Of a DNA stretch of 64,000 bases, positions 50,126 to 59,926 are shown one piece after another. Every line of letters starts with the position of its first letter. Position 1 is the first letter of the stretch. A model generated the notes under the pieces. It was given only the letters and a program-made list of their open reading frames with translations. It was not told the origin of the DNA and did not search any database. This DNA comes from a virus: positions 71,769 through 135,768 of IMG/VR virus record IMGVR_UViG_3300042894_002308; one strand, written 5' to 3'. Both the position numbers and the translations under genes were made by a program.

Positions 50126-50362
50126 TTAACGAGATCGATTACGGGTTACCCGGTAATACGAACGACCATTCTTTGTTTCGCGAACTACAGTATAGTTCAA
50201 ATCAAAACGATCAAAGGCCTCACGAAGATCACTCATAGTTGCACGCATGTTTGTAACACGGAAACGCTTACGAGCCTCTCCAGCAGTCAGTGGGGAACCA
50301 CTGCGCATATAATCAAACACCTTTTGAATCATAGTCGGACGATCAACATTAGTAATTTCCAT
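50126..50362 (-). CDS. Small winged-helix-like DNA-binding protein
   Basis: KVFDYMRSGSPLTAGEARKRF.V.NMRATMSDLR; own promoter TTGACA-N16-TATTAT (50394-50421) and SD. Confidence 0.65.
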   Translation of the reverse strand: MEITNVDRPTMIQKVFDYMRSGSPLTAGEARKRFRVTNMRATMSDLREAFDRFDLNYTVVRETKNGRSYYRVTRNRSR

Positions 50363-50457
50363 AACACTTTCCTTTCTTATAAGAAGTTACTACATAATAC
50401 ACCATATATCTGATCTGTCAAGTAATTCCCTAAATAATTCTGACTGAAGGAGGCTTT

Positions 50458-51057
50458 ATGGAACAGAAGAGTCATCAGTTTATAAAATTTGTACGCAAAC
50501 ATCTTGCCCAATATGGTATGAAACTTATACTTGGACGTGGTAAATCTGTAAATGTAGACGGTTTTCGCTGTTCTGGATGCTTTGACGAGTCTGGAAAGGC
50601 AATTCGGGTAGCCAGACACTGTAATGAATTTTTACATGTTCTAGTTCATGAATATTGTCATTTTTTACAGTATATTAATAGCAGTAAAGTATATGAAAAG
50701 TCATATAAAGCCTCAAATATTGTAGATGGATGGTTAAAAGGTAAAAATTATGCTCCAAAAGATGTCAAAAGAGCATTTTTTATTGTTCGATCAATGGAAA
50801 GAGACTGTGAAAAGCGTGCTGTACGTATTATTAATGAATTTAAATTAAAAATTGATACCAAAATGTATTCCAAACGGGCTCACGTATACATCTATAGCCA
50901 TTTCATGATGGAAAAATCACGAAAGTTCTATTCTTTCAAACAAAATCCATATTATAGCAAATGCGTTCTACGCATCATGCCTTCTAACATGGCTGTTCTG
51001 AGTCATGTATCTATTCCATCAAAGATTTATTCTGTTTTAGAATCTTTGATGAAATGA
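50458..51057 (+). CDS. Putative zincin metallopeptidase-like protein
   Basis: LVHEYCHFLQ and downstream MERDCE. Confidence 0.55.
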   Translation: MEQKSHQFIKFVRKHLAQYGMKLILGRGKSVNVDGFRCSGCFDESGKAIRVARHCNEFLHVLVHEYCHFLQYINSSKVYEKSYKASNIVDGWLKGKNYAPKDVKRAFFIVRSMERDCEKRAVRIINEFKLKIDTKMYSKRAHVYIYSHFMMEKSRKFYSFKQNPYYSKCVLRIMPSNMAVLSHVSIPSKIYSVLESLMK

Positions 51058-51392
51058 CTCTGAGCATATTTTGCAACAAACTTGGTAAATGGTTGTTCAC
51101 CATAGGGCCAACGATCAATTGGATCCATAAACCCATGTTGAATTAGATCATCAATGTGTTCATCCATCATTGATAGAGTTACATCATCTACATTCCATTT
51201 AAGTTCATCATCATGATCAACAGACGGTTCGTCTGCAGCATTGTGTTCTGCAACTGCAAGATCGGATATCTTTGCAAGATTTCCAAGAATTTCTAATGAT
51301 TTAGCACATTGATAAAAAAGATCCTTGTTGATAGGATCTTCTTCTTTGCGTGCTAGTTTTCGGACTTCGTATACTAGTTCTGAAATTTTCAT
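51027..51392 (-). CDS. Hypothetical protein
   Basis: ORF with SD aggag. Confidence 0.6.
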   Translation of the reverse strand: MKISELVYEVRKLARKEEDPINKDLFYQCAKSLEILGNLAKISDLAVAEHNAADEPSVDHDDELKWNVDDVTLSMMDEHIDDLIQHGFMDPIDRWPYGEQPFTKFVAKYAQSHFIKDSKTE

Positions 51393-51400
51393 ATTAACTC

Positions 51401-51763
51401 CTAGGACAAGGTTAGTAAGTACTTGGTTTGTTGTACCAAACCGAGCATCTCATCCCGTATATTTAACAAGGCAGTTTGATCTCCACCAATTTCTTTTGGT
51501 AATTCTTGAGTTAAATATTCTTCAAATGAACTTAATACTTGCATAGCAGTTGTTTTATGTGGTCCATTTAAAGTTAACTCATTAACATCTTTCAATTCAT
51601 CTTTACCAAAAGTTCCCATATATGTTTCTGCAAAGGTATCAAGAAGAGCATCAATACCTGTATAGGCAGCTCCTAGTGCTATATGTGCGGCATATGATTT
51701 AGTTCCCCAGTGGTGGAGGCGTAATTCATTTTGAAAATTTAAGATTATTTTAATGCATGACAT
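51401..51763 (-). CDS. Ferritin/Dps-like four-helix protein (DUF5856-like)
   Basis: LRLHHWGTKSYAAHIALG..Y......DTFAE; LLNIRDEML....TKYLLTL. Confidence 0.8.
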   Translation of the reverse strand: MSCIKIILNFQNELRLHHWGTKSYAAHIALGAAYTGIDALLDTFAETYMGTFGKDELKDVNELTLNGPHKTTAMQVLSSFEEYLTQELPKEIGGDQTALLNIRDEMLGLVQQTKYLLTLS

Positions 51764-51773
51764 AGTATACTAT

Positions 51774-52379
51774 TTATTCTTTCTGGTCTGTATTGATTTC
51801 TTCATCTGATTCTTTTTTCTTAAAAAGATCCCCAACAGATTGAATAATTCCTTTTACAGAATCTATTGCATCTGCTGTATTAAAGCCTTCACCAGCCTCT
51901 TTAGGAAATTTATTTAAAGGACATACAAGATCTGGCATCCATAATTTGTGAGAAAGGGCTGCTCTTGGATTCTTTGCACTACAACCACAACTAGAACACC
52001 AACCAATAGATTCAGAATCTGGTTTAAAATTATTTCTTCGTGGGCATCCCATACATAATGCTTTTCTTTTTTCAAAAACTTCTTCAGATACTTTACCAGT
52101 TAATAACTGAGATCCCTCTATTTTTGTATATGAGATTGCATTTTTTAAGAATGGTTTATTCTCTTGAACGGGTGTTTGTTCAATAGTAAGTTCAGTTACA
52201 TTTAATTGTTTTCTTTCTTTACAAACAAAACAATTTACTGATTGTGGATTTATGTTTTTTAAAGAACAAAATGTTTTACATTCTTCTACATTTACACTCC
52301 AATATTCACAATTTATTTTTTCATATGAAATATTTGGAGGACACTTATATCTATCTTTTAAAAATAAATTATCTGACAT
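51774..52379 (-). CDS. Cys-rich hypothetical protein
   Basis: RKALCMGCP...CSSCGC...KLWMP..VCP..KF. Confidence 0.6.
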   Translation of the reverse strand: MSDNLFLKDRYKCPPNISYEKINCEYWSVNVEECKTFCSLKNINPQSVNCFVCKERKQLNVTELTIEQTPVQENKPFLKNAISYTKIEGSQLLTGKVSEEVFEKRKALCMGCPRRNNFKPDSESIGWCSSCGCSAKNPRAALSHKLWMPDLVCPLNKFPKEAGEGFNTADAIDSVKGIIQSVGDLFKKKESDEEINTDQKE

Positions 52380-52388
52380 ATATCACCC

Positions 52389-55300
52389 TTAAATTAACGT
52401 TACATTACAAATTTGTGGATTATCAAAATCATCCCATATTTCTGGACACGAAAATCCATCAACACCACTCCAACATTTTGGATTAATCATTTGTGTTTGT
52501 GGATCGGCTTCCCATTGTTGTAATGTTTTAAAAGTTGAAACTACATAACTATTATCAAAATCAGGACAATTAGTTGGATTCGGAATACAAGCTGCATATT
52601 GTGGTGTTTTTCTTCCACATAAACTGTGACCCCATGTCATTCTAATATCACTATCACAACAATTTGTAAGTCTTTTAGATTCAACATATACATATATTGA
52701 ATATACTGGAGAATTGACGTATACAGTATATTCTATTCTTCGTATTAATTTATCTCCACTTGGTATATCTGTTACAATGGCATCACCTATATCAACTCGA
52801 TCTCCGGGAATACCTTGTATGATATCTCGTGGACCACCAATCCAGTATGTGTCTGGGGCTCCCAAATCTATTACTGTATATTTACCTTCTGATGCTGCTT
52901 GTAATGCAGCAATGTATGTACTTAATCTACACCCATTGGCTTTAACTAATGGACCAAGATCAAGCGGTCCTGGAGGAATTCCATCACATGTACCTTCAGC
53001 ATAAATGTTAAATGGATAAGGTGAACCTGTGCCTGCAGTACATTCTGGATCAACTATAACACACTCAGTTATTATTTTATATGCTGCATCTCTAAGAACA
53101 TTTGGTTGATTTAAATCACTTTCAAGATCTGGCAAACCTACATCATTTTTTATACCACATTCTGTTTGTCTACCATAACATTGTTGTCCCAGTCCAGATC
53201 CCCATATAGCACTACCTACATTAGGCAGATTATATGGTCCAGTTTGTGGTTCACCATTATTAAAAAATATTGAAAAGGGTGACAATGTATAAACACATAG
53301 TCTAGGTTTAGATGAATTTGGAACATCTGATCCTGGAAGAGGTGGGCACTGTGGAGTGCGACAATTTCCTCCAACAGTTTGTTCTTCAGAGTAATAATAA
53401 CTATTGGATAAACTTAATTTTGCTGTAAAACTACTACTATCAATAAATGGTGTTTCTCTAAAGTCATAAGAACAACTACAGTCGTTTGTAATAAGAGTAC
53501 AATCTGACAAAAATGTTCCTTGACCAGTATAATTTATACTAAAATTAACATTAGCATTAAATGGTGACTTTCCATTCCATGGTTCTGAAACTTCTGTGCA
53601 ACAGTTTTTTGGTTCAGTATCACCAGAATTATTTGATCCTAGTCCACCACTATTTCCAGTATTATTGCAATCTTGATTTGGTGCAGAACACTCTGTGCAA
53701 GGATTTTCTAAAATAACATCATTAATAGTTCCACGTTCTTGAATACTGTCACCAAATGGTTCCCACAAACTTGTTTTAAACGCCAGATAATACCATCCAT
53801 TTTTCCTAGTATAAAATATTTCTGGATAAGAATCTACATCATCACAAGAATAAAATGAATTGGGGCAAGTTGTTTTATTGCAAGGACAATATTCAAAACC
53901 CCAGCATGATTGTGGTGTGTTATTATTTGGAATTTCACATATTGGAAAGGCGTATATACCTTCACAACAGTTAGCCCAAGGTTTACATGCAACTTCAGTT
54001 ATTTCTGCATCTTCTGGTAACATATAATCGGGATCACATGGAGCACCGCATTGAAATAACAAATAATATAATTCACCATTGTACTTAAAAGTTTTATATA
54101 AAACTTCTGATAATTCACCTGTACGAGATAACTCTTGGAATCCAGTTGCACCTGAACCACCTGATAAACCAAAAGTGCTATCTGGACATGTAAATGCTCC
54201 TAATCCACCTCCACCATATCCACCACCTAAACCTATATCTCGTATGGATGCAGTTCCTCCAGTTGTTCCGGCAGTAGATCCTCTACGTTCTATAACTGTA
54301 TTAAAGTTAGCTAAACTGTTACAAGGATTATATCCTGTACTTCCAGTTGAACCAGTTCCACCAGATGCACCTGTTGCGCCTGTTATACCTTGTGTATTAC
54401 CAGTACAACAATCTTGTGTTAAACTACAAATATAATCTGCTTGTGCATTTGTTAAACAATAATACGTTTGTTCAGGAATACTGCTTAATGATTGATTGCA
54501 TGGACAACGCAATGAAGCAAAATTTAAATTAATTTTACCACTTAAACCAGTTCCATCTGAATTTATATTTGTTGGAATCCATCCACCACTACCGGCAACA
54601 TTTTGATAACCTGCTAGTCCAGCAACATCAACTACCCAATAATCTGGATCACACATGTGTGCTGTTCCAGAAGTATTTGCAGGACGAGATTTATCTGTTA
54701 CGGTACTACTTCCTCCTCCACCACCAGATCCACTAAATCCACCTCCACCACCACCTCTTAATCCACCACCGCCGCCACCTCCACCACCAATAATATTTAA
54801 AATATCAAATGCTCCGCGACCACCTTTTGATCCTTGACCATCTTGTGCACCAGTTCCACCTTTACCTCCGGAAGTCTGTGTTCCTCCCGAACCACCTGCA
54901 TCACCACCGCCCATACCACCAAGAGTAACTCCGGCTTGTCCACCATTAGCAGAATATCTTCCTGCACCACCACCACCGCCTGCTATAAGAAATGCAGATT
55001 CTGGGTCTTCTATACTTGTAGCAAGATAAGCTGCGCCACCACCCCATGCCCCATAGCCTTGTCCACCTCCTGCAGGTACTGTATCTACAGCAGCCGTCCA
55101 TCCGGTAAAAGATCTACCAGGATCACTACCTATACCACCATACCCAACAACAGCAATATAATCTTTGTTGTAAGTTCCTGTTTTTTGTGCATATGCACCA
55201 TTACCACCGGGAGTAACATTATTTACTCCTCCACCACCCGCACCCCATGCTTTATAAACAATTTGACGTTGTGTATCTAATTCTAGTTCAAAACACTTTT

Positions 55301-55664
55301 GTTTATCATTTTCGCATTCAGAACCCGATCCATATCCACCATTATATCCACCAAATATTCCTCCAGTTGGTTGATTATCACATGTAATACCTTTAAGTTT
55401 CATTGGAGGATTTCCATATCCAACAAATACAAAACTTGAATATGGTAATTGATAATATGGATGGCCATCTTTATAATAACCAGATGCGCCATATACAGGA
55501 TGACCTGATAAACCGGAAACAAAATTGTTTAATTGTGCTGATGTGTCGGATCCAGTAAATCCTGTGGCTCCAGTATAATGGTATCCAACAAATCCCATAC
55601 CACCATAATATCTACATGGAACTGCAATCCAGTTGCCACCACAACAACAAGCTTTTTTAGGCAT
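52389..55664 (-). CDS. Large Gly-rich and Cys-rich putative virion protein
   Basis: N-terminal KKACCCGG; AWGAGGGG...IAGGGGGAG polyglycine domain; dozens of Cys; TAAATA plus SD. Confidence 0.65.
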   Translation of the reverse strand: MPKKACCCGGNWIAVPCRYYGGMGFVGYHYTGATGFTGSDTSAQLNNFVSGLSGHPVYGASGYYKDGHPYYQLPYSSFVFVGYGNPPMKLKGITCDNQPTGGIFGGYNGGYGSGSECENDKQKCFELELDTQRQIVYKAWGAGGGGVNNVTPGGNGAYAQKTGTYNKDYIAVVGYGGIGSDPGRSFTGWTAAVDTVPAGGGQGYGAWGGGAAYLATSIEDPESAFLIAGGGGGAGRYSANGGQAGVTLGGMGGGDAGGSGGTQTSGGKGGTGAQDGQGSKGGRGAFDILNIIGGGGGGGGGLRGGGGGGFSGSGGGGGSSTVTDKSRPANTSGTAHMCDPDYWVVDVAGLAGYQNVAGSGGWIPTNINSDGTGLSGKINLNFASLRCPCNQSLSSIPEQTYYCLTNAQADYICSLTQDCCTGNTQGITGATGASGGTGSTGSTGYNPCNSLANFNTVIERRGSTAGTTGGTASIRDIGLGGGYGGGGLGAFTCPDSTFGLSGGSGATGFQELSRTGELSEVLYKTFKYNGELYYLLFQCGAPCDPDYMLPEDAEITEVACKPWANCCEGIYAFPICEIPNNNTPQSCWGFEYCPCNKTTCPNSFYSCDDVDSYPEIFYTRKNGWYYLAFKTSLWEPFGDSIQERGTINDVILENPCTECSAPNQDCNNTGNSGGLGSNNSGDTEPKNCCTEVSEPWNGKSPFNANVNFSINYTGQGTFLSDCTLITNDCSCSYDFRETPFIDSSSFTAKLSLSNSYYYSEEQTVGGNCRTPQCPPLPGSDVPNSSKPRLCVYTLSPFSIFFNNGEPQTGPYNLPNVGSAIWGSGLGQQCYGRQTECGIKNDVGLPDLESDLNQPNVLRDAAYKIITECVIVDPECTAGTGSPYPFNIYAEGTCDGIPPGPLDLGPLVKANGCRLSTYIAALQAASEGKYTVIDLGAPDTYWIGGPRDIIQGIPGDRVDIGDAIVTDIPSGDKLIRRIEYTVYVNSPVYSIYVYVESKRLTNCCDSDIRMTWGHSLCGRKTPQYAACIPNPTNCPDFDNSYVVSTFKTLQQWEADPQTQMINPKCWSGVDGFSCPEIWDDFDNPQICNVTLI

Positions 55665-55682
55665 TATCAATCCTCATGGTAT

Positions 55683-56057
55683 TTAGAGGCTATGTACACC
55701 ATCATCATTGGTGTAATAAATTTTATGAAAAGCTTCGTTGCACCACTTGGCACACACTGAACATGGCTTAGAGTTTCGATAGTGACCAAATCTATTAAAA
55801 CGAAAATTAAGAAGAATTAGTTTTTCTCCTCTTAATGATTTTGGAATTTTTCGGTAGGCATCTAGTTCTGAGTGCATATCAGAACCACGATATCCCAAAC
55901 GAAAAGTATCGGGGTGGGTCTTAAATACATTCTGACCCACCGCGATAATTTTCCGCTTATAGATTACTAATGAGATATGCTTCTTTTGTCTCTCCATTGC
56001 CATTGAAAGGGGTTTGGCAATAGGAACAAAATTTTCAATCACATGATCTATATTCAT
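55683..56057 (-). CDS. Cytidine/dCMP deaminase-like zinc protein
   Basis: HSE and SKPCSVC motifs. Confidence 0.8.
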   Translation of the reverse strand: MNIDHVIENFVPIAKPLSMAMERQKKHISLVIYKRKIIAVGQNVFKTHPDTFRLGYRGSDMHSELDAYRKIPKSLRGEKLILLNFRFNRFGHYRNSKPCSVCAKWCNEAFHKIYYTNDDGVHSL

Positions 56058-56060
56058 AAT

Positions 56061-56372
56061 TTACACAGATAACTTCAGCTTACTCAGTGGATCAACACCA
56101 CGAGAAGGAGTTACAATGCCCTTATTCAAACTAGAATCGTATTGTGCCTTAAACTCATCAAGTGGTTCAACAGTAAAGGCTATAAATGACTTTGGAATAT
56201 TTACACCTTTAGCAGCCTTTGTATACTGCATCCATGGCATTAAACCAATCTGCCCTTGTTGCATAGGAATCAAGATTGCTGGATCTTTAAGAGTCCAAAA
56301 ATCTGTTTCTTCTTCAAATCTTGCGATAATTTCTTCACCCGAATTTAATCTAAATAGTTTTACATTACTCAT
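56061..56372 (-). CDS. Sm-like conserved T4-like phage protein
   Basis: VKLFRLNSGEEIIA, IGLMPW; promoter TTGCTT-N16-TATAGT. Confidence 0.7.
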   Translation of the reverse strand: MSNVKLFRLNSGEEIIARFEEETDFWTLKDPAILIPMQQGQIGLMPWMQYTKAAKGVNIPKSFIAFTVEPLDEFKAQYDSSLNKGIVTPSRGVDPLSKLKLSV

Positions 56373-56426
56373 TTTGGTATCCTTTGTTAGTTACACTATA
56401 ACATAAAAAATAACAAAAGCAAATAA

Positions 56427-57314
56427 ATGTTACGATTTAAACAATACCTTATAGAAAATAATAATTCAGATGATACAGGTATAAAAGTTGGTGAATATTC
56501 AATTTCTCCAATGGATGCTTTATCTAACAGATTAGGATCACCGCAAAAGGCACTTGATTACTTAGAACTAATAAAACAAAGGCGAGCACAACATTCATCT
56601 GAAATTGATCCACAGTGGGTTCTTCCATCAGTAGAATCAGAGGATTATTCTGAAAAATTAAAAGTAGGAGTAAGACCAGGAAGACCTTCAGGTGAGATGG
56701 GACTTTCACCTGCTACTTTGATGGTAAATAAAGAAAAAAATACTGTTATAGATTATAAGAGACCAGATAGTCAAGATGTAGATTTGACAATAAACACAAA
56801 TGCTCGTTCTCCATATCCTGCTGGCCAGGAAGCAATTAAAAAAGATTTAACTAAAGCATCAAATGAATTGCAAGCTAATGGGCAATATAAAAAAGATACT
56901 GGTGCTTTATCAGATACTCTTTGGCACGAATTACAACATGTATTACAATTTAAAGGTCTTAAAAAGCATAATAGACCATCATCTGATATGTCAGCTCAAG
57001 GTTATGATTATAGTTCAAAAGATCCTAAAATAACTCCTCAGATGTCTACGTATGTAACATCTCCTATGGAATTACCAGCAAATATGAGTGAAAATAAAAT
57101 GAGATTTTATGAAGCATCAGGAATTTTATTAGATCCTAAGTTTACAGATGAGCATTTTGAAAAATATAAAGGTTGGCTAAAAACCGACCAAAATAAACAA
57201 TCAAAAATTCTTTTACAATTATTTGATGATCCTGAAAAAGGAAAACAAGCAAAAGAATTATTAAGACAAATTGCACAAACAAATAAACGTAATAATGGTG
57301 AAATGATGGCTTAA
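56427..57314 (+). CDS. Putative internal head protein with HExxH motif
   Basis: MLRFKQYLIE leader; LWHELQHVLQ; YVTSPMELPA. Confidence 0.6.
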   Translation: MLRFKQYLIENNNSDDTGIKVGEYSISPMDALSNRLGSPQKALDYLELIKQRRAQHSSEIDPQWVLPSVESEDYSEKLKVGVRPGRPSGEMGLSPATLMVNKEKNTVIDYKRPDSQDVDLTINTNARSPYPAGQEAIKKDLTKASNELQANGQYKKDTGALSDTLWHELQHVLQFKGLKKHNRPSSDMSAQGYDYSSKDPKITPQMSTYVTSPMELPANMSENKMRFYEASGILLDPKFTDEHFEKYKGWLKTDQNKQSKILLQLFDDPEKGKQAKELLRQIAQTNKRNNGEMMA

Positions 57315-57827
57315 TTAAAAAGCCACAAGTTCTTTATGAAAAGAATCTTTTAGTATAAACCATTCTGGAACATTTCCTAATTTCCATTTAGCAAACTTAG
57401 TTTTTTCGCCAAGATAATATGCACGGTATGCAGTTACTGCATCTGCGTTCTTATATTGTTCTGGCATTGCCTGTGCAAAGTCAGTACAAATAGTATTAGG
57501 AAGATTGCTTGGTGCATTTTTAGTAAACCATTGTGACATACTAGTAGACTTATGGATTTTACCATAACGGCTAGTATATTCATTAGTCAATTCATATGTA
57601 TGATTGGCTAACCAATAATAATTGGACTTAGATGCTCTTGCCCAAATAGTACATGGATGATTGTGAAAGCATGGTTTATATAATTCTGGTTTGTTGCCTT
57701 GCACTATATCTAAAGAATGAACTGTTGAAAGCATCTGACATCCTTCAAGAATCATTTTGACAACATGCTTATCACACATCATCTGTGCAGCAACATACGG
57801 ATCTTTATCTAAAACAAAAATGTTCAT
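57315..57827 (-). CDS. Pyrimidine dimer DNA glycosylase (DenV-like)
   Basis: MNIFVLD, CDKHVVKMILE, HNHPCTIW, FAQAMP, AYRAYY. Confidence 0.8.
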   Translation of the reverse strand: MNIFVLDKDPYVAAQMMCDKHVVKMILEGCQMLSTVHSLDIVQGNKPELYKPCFHNHPCTIWARASKSNYYWLANHTYELTNEYTSRYGKIHKSTSMSQWFTKNAPSNLPNTICTDFAQAMPEQYKNADAVTAYRAYYLGEKTKFAKWKLGNVPEWFILKDSFHKELVAF

Positions 57828-58858
57828 ATTTCATGTTCCTCAAAAATGTTATTGATTGTACGATTAACCTTTACCAAGGTACCATTGGAGTATAGAGAAG
57901 GCAAATCAAAAGCACCAACATAAGAACAAGCCGAGCGCAAACCACCAAGAATTTCTTGTATCGTATTGTATACAGGTCCACGGTAAGGAACCTCCACTGT
58001 GCGTCCCTCTGACGCACGATATGTGGATAGACCACCATTGTATTTGTCATTTGCAGTTTTGCTGCTCATTCCATAATGCAACATTGTGAGCTGTCCATGC
58101 TCTTTATGACGAATTTCACCACCACACTCATCGTGCCCTGCAAACATTCCACCAACCATAACAAATGCTGCACCGGCAACGAATGCTTTTGCAATATCCC
58201 CAGAGTGCACTACTCCACCATCAGCAACGATCCCAATATCTAATGCTGCTGCGGTTTCTGCACACTCTACTACTGCGGATAACTGGGGGTATCCCACTCC
58301 CGCTATTCTCCGTGTCAGGCACATTGACCCGGCTCCGATTCCTATTTTCACTAAGTCTGCACCAGCAAGCGACAAGGCTTCCACTCCTTCTGGTGTCACT
58401 ACATTCCCTGCTACAATTATCGACGTTGGACATTTCTCTCTTACCTTTCTAACAAAAGAATGAAACTCTTTCATATAACCATTTGCTACATCTAAGCAAA
58501 TAAACGTTGGATCTTTTATAGATGGGGTATCAACCCATAATTTACTTTGTGCATCTAAACCTAGACTAAGTGCAACATTATGTTCTTTATCGGGATATTG
58601 TGTAATAAAAGAATCATAATAATCAAAACCTTTTTTGAGACAAGTTACCATATTATGTTTGGAAAGAGCAAGTGCCATATCATGTGTACCAATGGTAGAC
58701 ATATTCGTAGCCATGACGGGCATACCTTTCCAAACTCTACCACATTTAAAAGTTGTTGAAACTTCTAAACTTACATCGTTTCTAGACTTTACATCAGAAA
58801 GTCTTGGAACAATCAGAACATCAGAGTAATCAAGTTTTGGTTCGTAATTAATAGTCAT
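57824..58858 (-). CDS. guaC: GMP reductase
   Basis: KLDYSDVLIVP, CLDVANGY, KIGIGAGSMCLTR, YGMSS, YRASEG. Confidence 0.93.
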   Translation of the reverse strand: MTINYEPKLDYSDVLIVPRLSDVKSRNDVSLEVSTTFKCGRVWKGMPVMATNMSTIGTHDMALALSKHNMVTCLKKGFDYYDSFITQYPDKEHNVALSLGLDAQSKLWVDTPSIKDPTFICLDVANGYMKEFHSFVRKVREKCPTSIIVAGNVVTPEGVEALSLAGADLVKIGIGAGSMCLTRRIAGVGYPQLSAVVECAETAAALDIGIVADGGVVHSGDIAKAFVAGAAFVMVGGMFAGHDECGGEIRHKEHGQLTMLHYGMSSKTANDKYNGGLSTYRASEGRTVEVPYRGPVYNTIQEILGGLRSACSYVGAFDLPSLYSNGTLVKVNRTINNIFEEHEI

Positions 58859-58865
58859 CGACGCT

Positions 58866-58893
58866 AGTATAGCACCAACATAGTATATGTCAA
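58866..58893 (-). promoter_or_regulatory. guaC promoter TTGACA-N16-TATACT
   Basis: 7 nt before ATG; extended -10 TG. Confidence 0.75.
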
Positions 58894-58897
58894 TTAT

Positions 58898-59071
58898 TTA
58901 TTTTGAGTCTTCTATTCTTTTAATTGCATCACGAAGATTTAACATTAGTCTTGCTAATTCTTTAGATGTAATTTTATCCCGAAGATAGTCTTCATATTTT
59001 GAAAGAATGATCTTCGCTTCTCTGAAAAGTATTGCATGTATATGATCAGAGCTTTTGGAATCATTTGACAT
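58898..59071 (-). CDS. Small hypothetical protein (57 aa)
   Basis: Own translation MSNDSKSSDHIHAILFREAKIILSKYEDYL...; TAAATA 6 nt before ATG. Confidence 0.6.
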   Translation of the reverse strand: MSNDSKSSDHIHAILFREAKIILSKYEDYLRDKITSKELARLMLNLRDAIKRIEDSK

Positions 59072-59084
59072 CAATATTATTTAT

Positions 59085-59681
59085 TTATTCTAAAGATTCG
59101 CTATCGTCTCTTACAAATCTGAATACGTTTCCCATATAAAACGATTTCCATTTTTGTTCGTTTAGATCCCATACACCTACTCTAGCATTAGGCATAGGAC
59201 TAAAAAATTTATTACGAGTATCAAATTCTCCGGATGGAATACTTAACGAAGATAAAGTGCAATTTAATCTTCGGGTATTTCCATTTTTTTTCAAAAACCA
59301 TATTGAACATACTCCGCTCAAATTTTCCATTATAACTTCTGCTGCAGAAATATGATCTGTTTTAAATACGTTATCTTTTTTAACTACAGATACATCAATA
59401 ATAAAATCGACTGATGGATCAAATACGTTTACGTCTCTTTTAATTTTACTTTTTCTCAAATATGTTTCATAATCTCCATATATTTTTTTAATATATGTCA
59501 TGAATTCATCATCTTGACCTTCAACTGCTTTATAACGGTCATTACGAACACCATCAGAACGATAATCTAAAACAGTTTTAGATGTTACAAAGTTAAAAGG
59601 ATCCAGAATTTGCTTGGTAATTCTATCATTAAATTCTTTTGAAAAACTTTCATTAGGATTTGAAGTTGGATTTTCTGCCAT
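59085..59681 (-). CDS. Protein with C-terminal WYL_2/SH3-like domain
   Basis: FLKKNGNTRRLNCTL...VWDLNEQKWKSF. Confidence 0.7.
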   Translation of the reverse strand: MAENPTSNPNESFSKEFNDRITKQILDPFNFVTSKTVLDYRSDGVRNDRYKAVEGQDDEFMTYIKKIYGDYETYLRKSKIKRDVNVFDPSVDFIIDVSVVKKDNVFKTDHISAAEVIMENLSGVCSIWFLKKNGNTRRLNCTLSSLSIPSGEFDTRNKFFSPMPNARVGVWDLNEQKWKSFYMGNVFRFVRDDSESLE

Positions 59682-59926
59682 TAGAATTCCAATCTTAACA
59701 TGTTTTTATCTGTTATGATACTTTTTATATCAATCTCATGTTTTTTTAAAAAATTTATCATATCAGGAAAAAGTATGAGATGTATAAAGATATACAATTT
59801 TCCATAAGGTTGTTTTTTATTTTGTTGAATGCTATCTAAAATTTTATTAAAGATTTTTTTATCAAATTTTAATGTCTCTGGCAACACCAAAGATTTGTAG
59901 TCAAGTTTTTCGGTTTCGATAATCAT
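59681..59926 (-). CDS. Hypothetical protein
   Basis: ATG 5 nt after TAAATA; stop overlaps next start. Confidence 0.55.
   Translation of the reverse strand: MIIETEKLDYKSLVLPETLKFDKKIFNKILDSIQQNKKQPYGKLYIFIHLILFPDMINFLKKHEIDIKSIITDKNMLRLEF

Noticed and set aside
54079-55280. Pro-rich + strand ORFs
   Set aside because: Antisense mirror of the polyglycine coding region
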